Position numbers and translations under genes: made by a program
Shown here: positions 62,036 through 64,000 of the stretch, piece by piece
How positions within the stretch are numbered: the stretch's first letter is position 1
How the letters are laid out: each line of letters begins with the position of its first letter
Source: Macrostomum hystrix
Taxonomy: Eukaryota > Animalia > Platyhelminthes
Reading direction: 5' to 3'
DNA: 64,000 nt
Assembly (NCBI GenBank): GCA_950097015.1
Contig: CATNEN010000001.1
Coordinates: forward strand, 4,526,001 to 4,590,000
Notes under the pieces: model-generated
Databases searched by the model: none
What the model was told of the DNA's origin: nothing
The model's input: the letters and a program-made list of their open reading frames with translations, nothing else

Positions 62036-62496
62036 GGATCCTAGACACTTCATCATCTTACAACTTCATCATCTTACAACTTCGTCATTTCACAACTTCA
62101 TCATCCACTTGGAAGGTAAGACAGTTTGTCATCCAGCCAATTGGCAAGCTTTAAAGTTTGGTCAGTTTGTCATCTACTAATAACAAGCAATCAAGTTCAT
62201 CATCAATAAAGTGAGGGTGGGGTGGTAGGGCAGAGGTGTGAACACACTTCACACTCTAAATTGTCAAAAAGAGGTGTCAAAACTGATTTCATCATAAGAG
62301 TTGAAAGATAGGTGCCAACACGATGTGAGTAGGGGTGGGGAGGGGTGGTTCTGTTCTAACTTTGAAAACTTGTTTTATAGATGACGAAGTGTCCACAAGT
62401 CTAAGTCTCTTCGTCATCCACCCTCTGAGATATTGGACAGATTGTCATCTGGATGACAAAGTTGTAGGCCTAAGATGACAAAGTGTCCAGGTACCC
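62036..62496. mobile_element. MITE (~460 bp) with TIRs, subterminal repeats and an 8-bp TSD
   Basis: Left end GGATCCTAGACACTTCATCATCTTA; right end (reverse complement) GGGTACCTGGACACTTTGTCATCTTA; AACATATA at both 62028-62035 and 62497-62504. Confidence 0.85.
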
Positions 62497-63573
62497 AACA
62501 TATATTAGCTAGGCCATTGAATAACAATTACAATGTGCATGAAAAAGTCATTTTAGGATTTGCAATGCTTGCTAGAGTTGCACAGCCATAATGTTTAACT
62601 GTGTGTGGCTAAACATTTATTCTTGAGTCTCTTACACAATGATTAATCTGGAATGATTCAATGAGTCTGGAATAGAATTAACATAGGCCTACTTCAGCTT
62701 TATCTATCACGAAACTTACAATATAGAATAGGTTCACATAGGAGGGAAACATATACTTTTATTTGTATTGCTACATTGCTAGGTAGCAAAGTAGCATAGG
62801 CCTATAAAGTCATATATTGCAAGGTAGCTAGCCTAAGGCCTAAGCAAAAAGCAAACTAGGCCTAGACTAGGATTGCGATTAGCTAACAATCAAAAGCTGT
62901 AGTAAAGTACTAGATGGCGTTAAAAGAAGAATCGAGAGCCTAATTTGTGTTTTCTACATAACTCCACTATGATAGTGCATTATTACATATCATTTTAAAG
63001 AAGGCAAAACACAAAAGGAGTGTAATATTTGTAAGGCTTAAAAAATTAAATGAAAAAAGGCGAATGAAAAATTCTGAATAGTTTTAAAAAATGACTTATA
63101 ACGGATGAAGAAAGACACAACGAATTGATGATAGTTTGATTAATAATTATGTGAAGAATACGTAGCATATAGATATAAAAATATAATCTGATATATTCAG
63201 TAATTCAGATATAATCAGATATAAAAATATCTCAACTTAAAATAAAAAAGTAAAATACATAATACGAAAAGAAATACAAGTTAAAATAAGAAACGTGGCT
63301 AAAAATTAACACAGATAAACAATCTAAAAGTTATAAATATTATTAAAAGTTTGTTATGTAAAGAGAAGGCCCCTATGAAGAAAAAGATACGTTTTTTACA
63401 CAACAGAATAAAATATTTTCTTGCCGTATGGTTTTTATTGTTTGCATTGTTATTGCATTGTTTTTAGTAACATTTATTTAGTAAACGCATAAAAAATGTG
63501 CAACCCTAGAGACGGTGCTGTGAAGAATAAAAGTTAATTGGTCGTAGGGGTTAAAAGTTTACTACATATTTAC

Positions 63574-63700
63574 CTTCAGATAGATTTCTGGAAGACAAAC
63601 CAACGTAATATATGTGTTGGGATTGTTACTAATACAGTTACGACGTTCCCACACAGTAACGAATACGGAGAGCGAGGAGAGCGCAGTAGTGAGCGCAATT
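63574..63700 (-). other. Possible non-coding first exon of the RRBP1-like or ZF gene
   Basis: Donor-like GAAG|GTAAAT next to a CpG-richer, promoter-like stretch; the RRBP1 coding exon has an acceptor 5' of its ATG, so an upstream exon (or trans-splicing) is expected. Weak. Confidence 0.25.
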
Positions 63701-64000
63701 GTGATATCTTGTGTATGAACTTATGTAAGGACTGAGAAAGTCGTATTCCTCCCCGATGGTTCCCTGTTTAGCCTTTATCTGCACAATAAGATGATTCACT
63801 TTACGGGTTGTCGTTTAAGGCTCGTTTCTTTGAAAACATATTCTCTGGTTTGAACGTTGAGTCCACCAAGCTCTCGCGCTAAAGAAGTCGAGTTTTGTGG
63901 CTTATGCCTCAGCGAGTTGTGCATAAGTAAAATACAACCTCCACTAAAAATCGGTTTGTTTCTTTTAAAGTAATAAAATAAATTGTTAATTAAACTTGCA

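Overview
Eukaryotic (metazoan, probably flatworm) genomic DNA, rich in minisatellites; no prokaryotic operon or CRISPR structure. Contents: (1) Two tandem + strand innexin (gap-junction) paralogs. Each has 3 coding exons with identical intron positions and phases. Their four introns are ~7.0-7.5 kb and packed with micro/minisatellites (inx-A join 1852..2020, 9561..10197, 17644..18052, 404 aa; inx-B join 23501..23657, 31127..31793, 38777..39224, 423 aa). (2) An internally deleted Tc1 (DD34E) transposon with intact TIRs and TA duplication. (3) A minus-strand multi-exon RRBP1/p180-kinectin family gene of ~1000 aa, with a Q/K-rich 12-aa repeat and several microexons. (4) A decayed C2H2 zinc-finger gene split by a nearly intact ~1.8 kb Crypton-type tyrosine-recombinase element with palindromic, recombination-site-like ends. 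(5) Two tRNA-derived SINE families (one CORE-type) and MITEs. Most long ORFs in the track are translations of tandem repeats. The best leads are the Crypton insertion and the ordering of intronic minisatellites: G/A-rich arrays lie 5' of partly complementary C/T-rich arrays, nested A-B-B'-A' in one intron, which could fold the long innexin introns into RNA stems.
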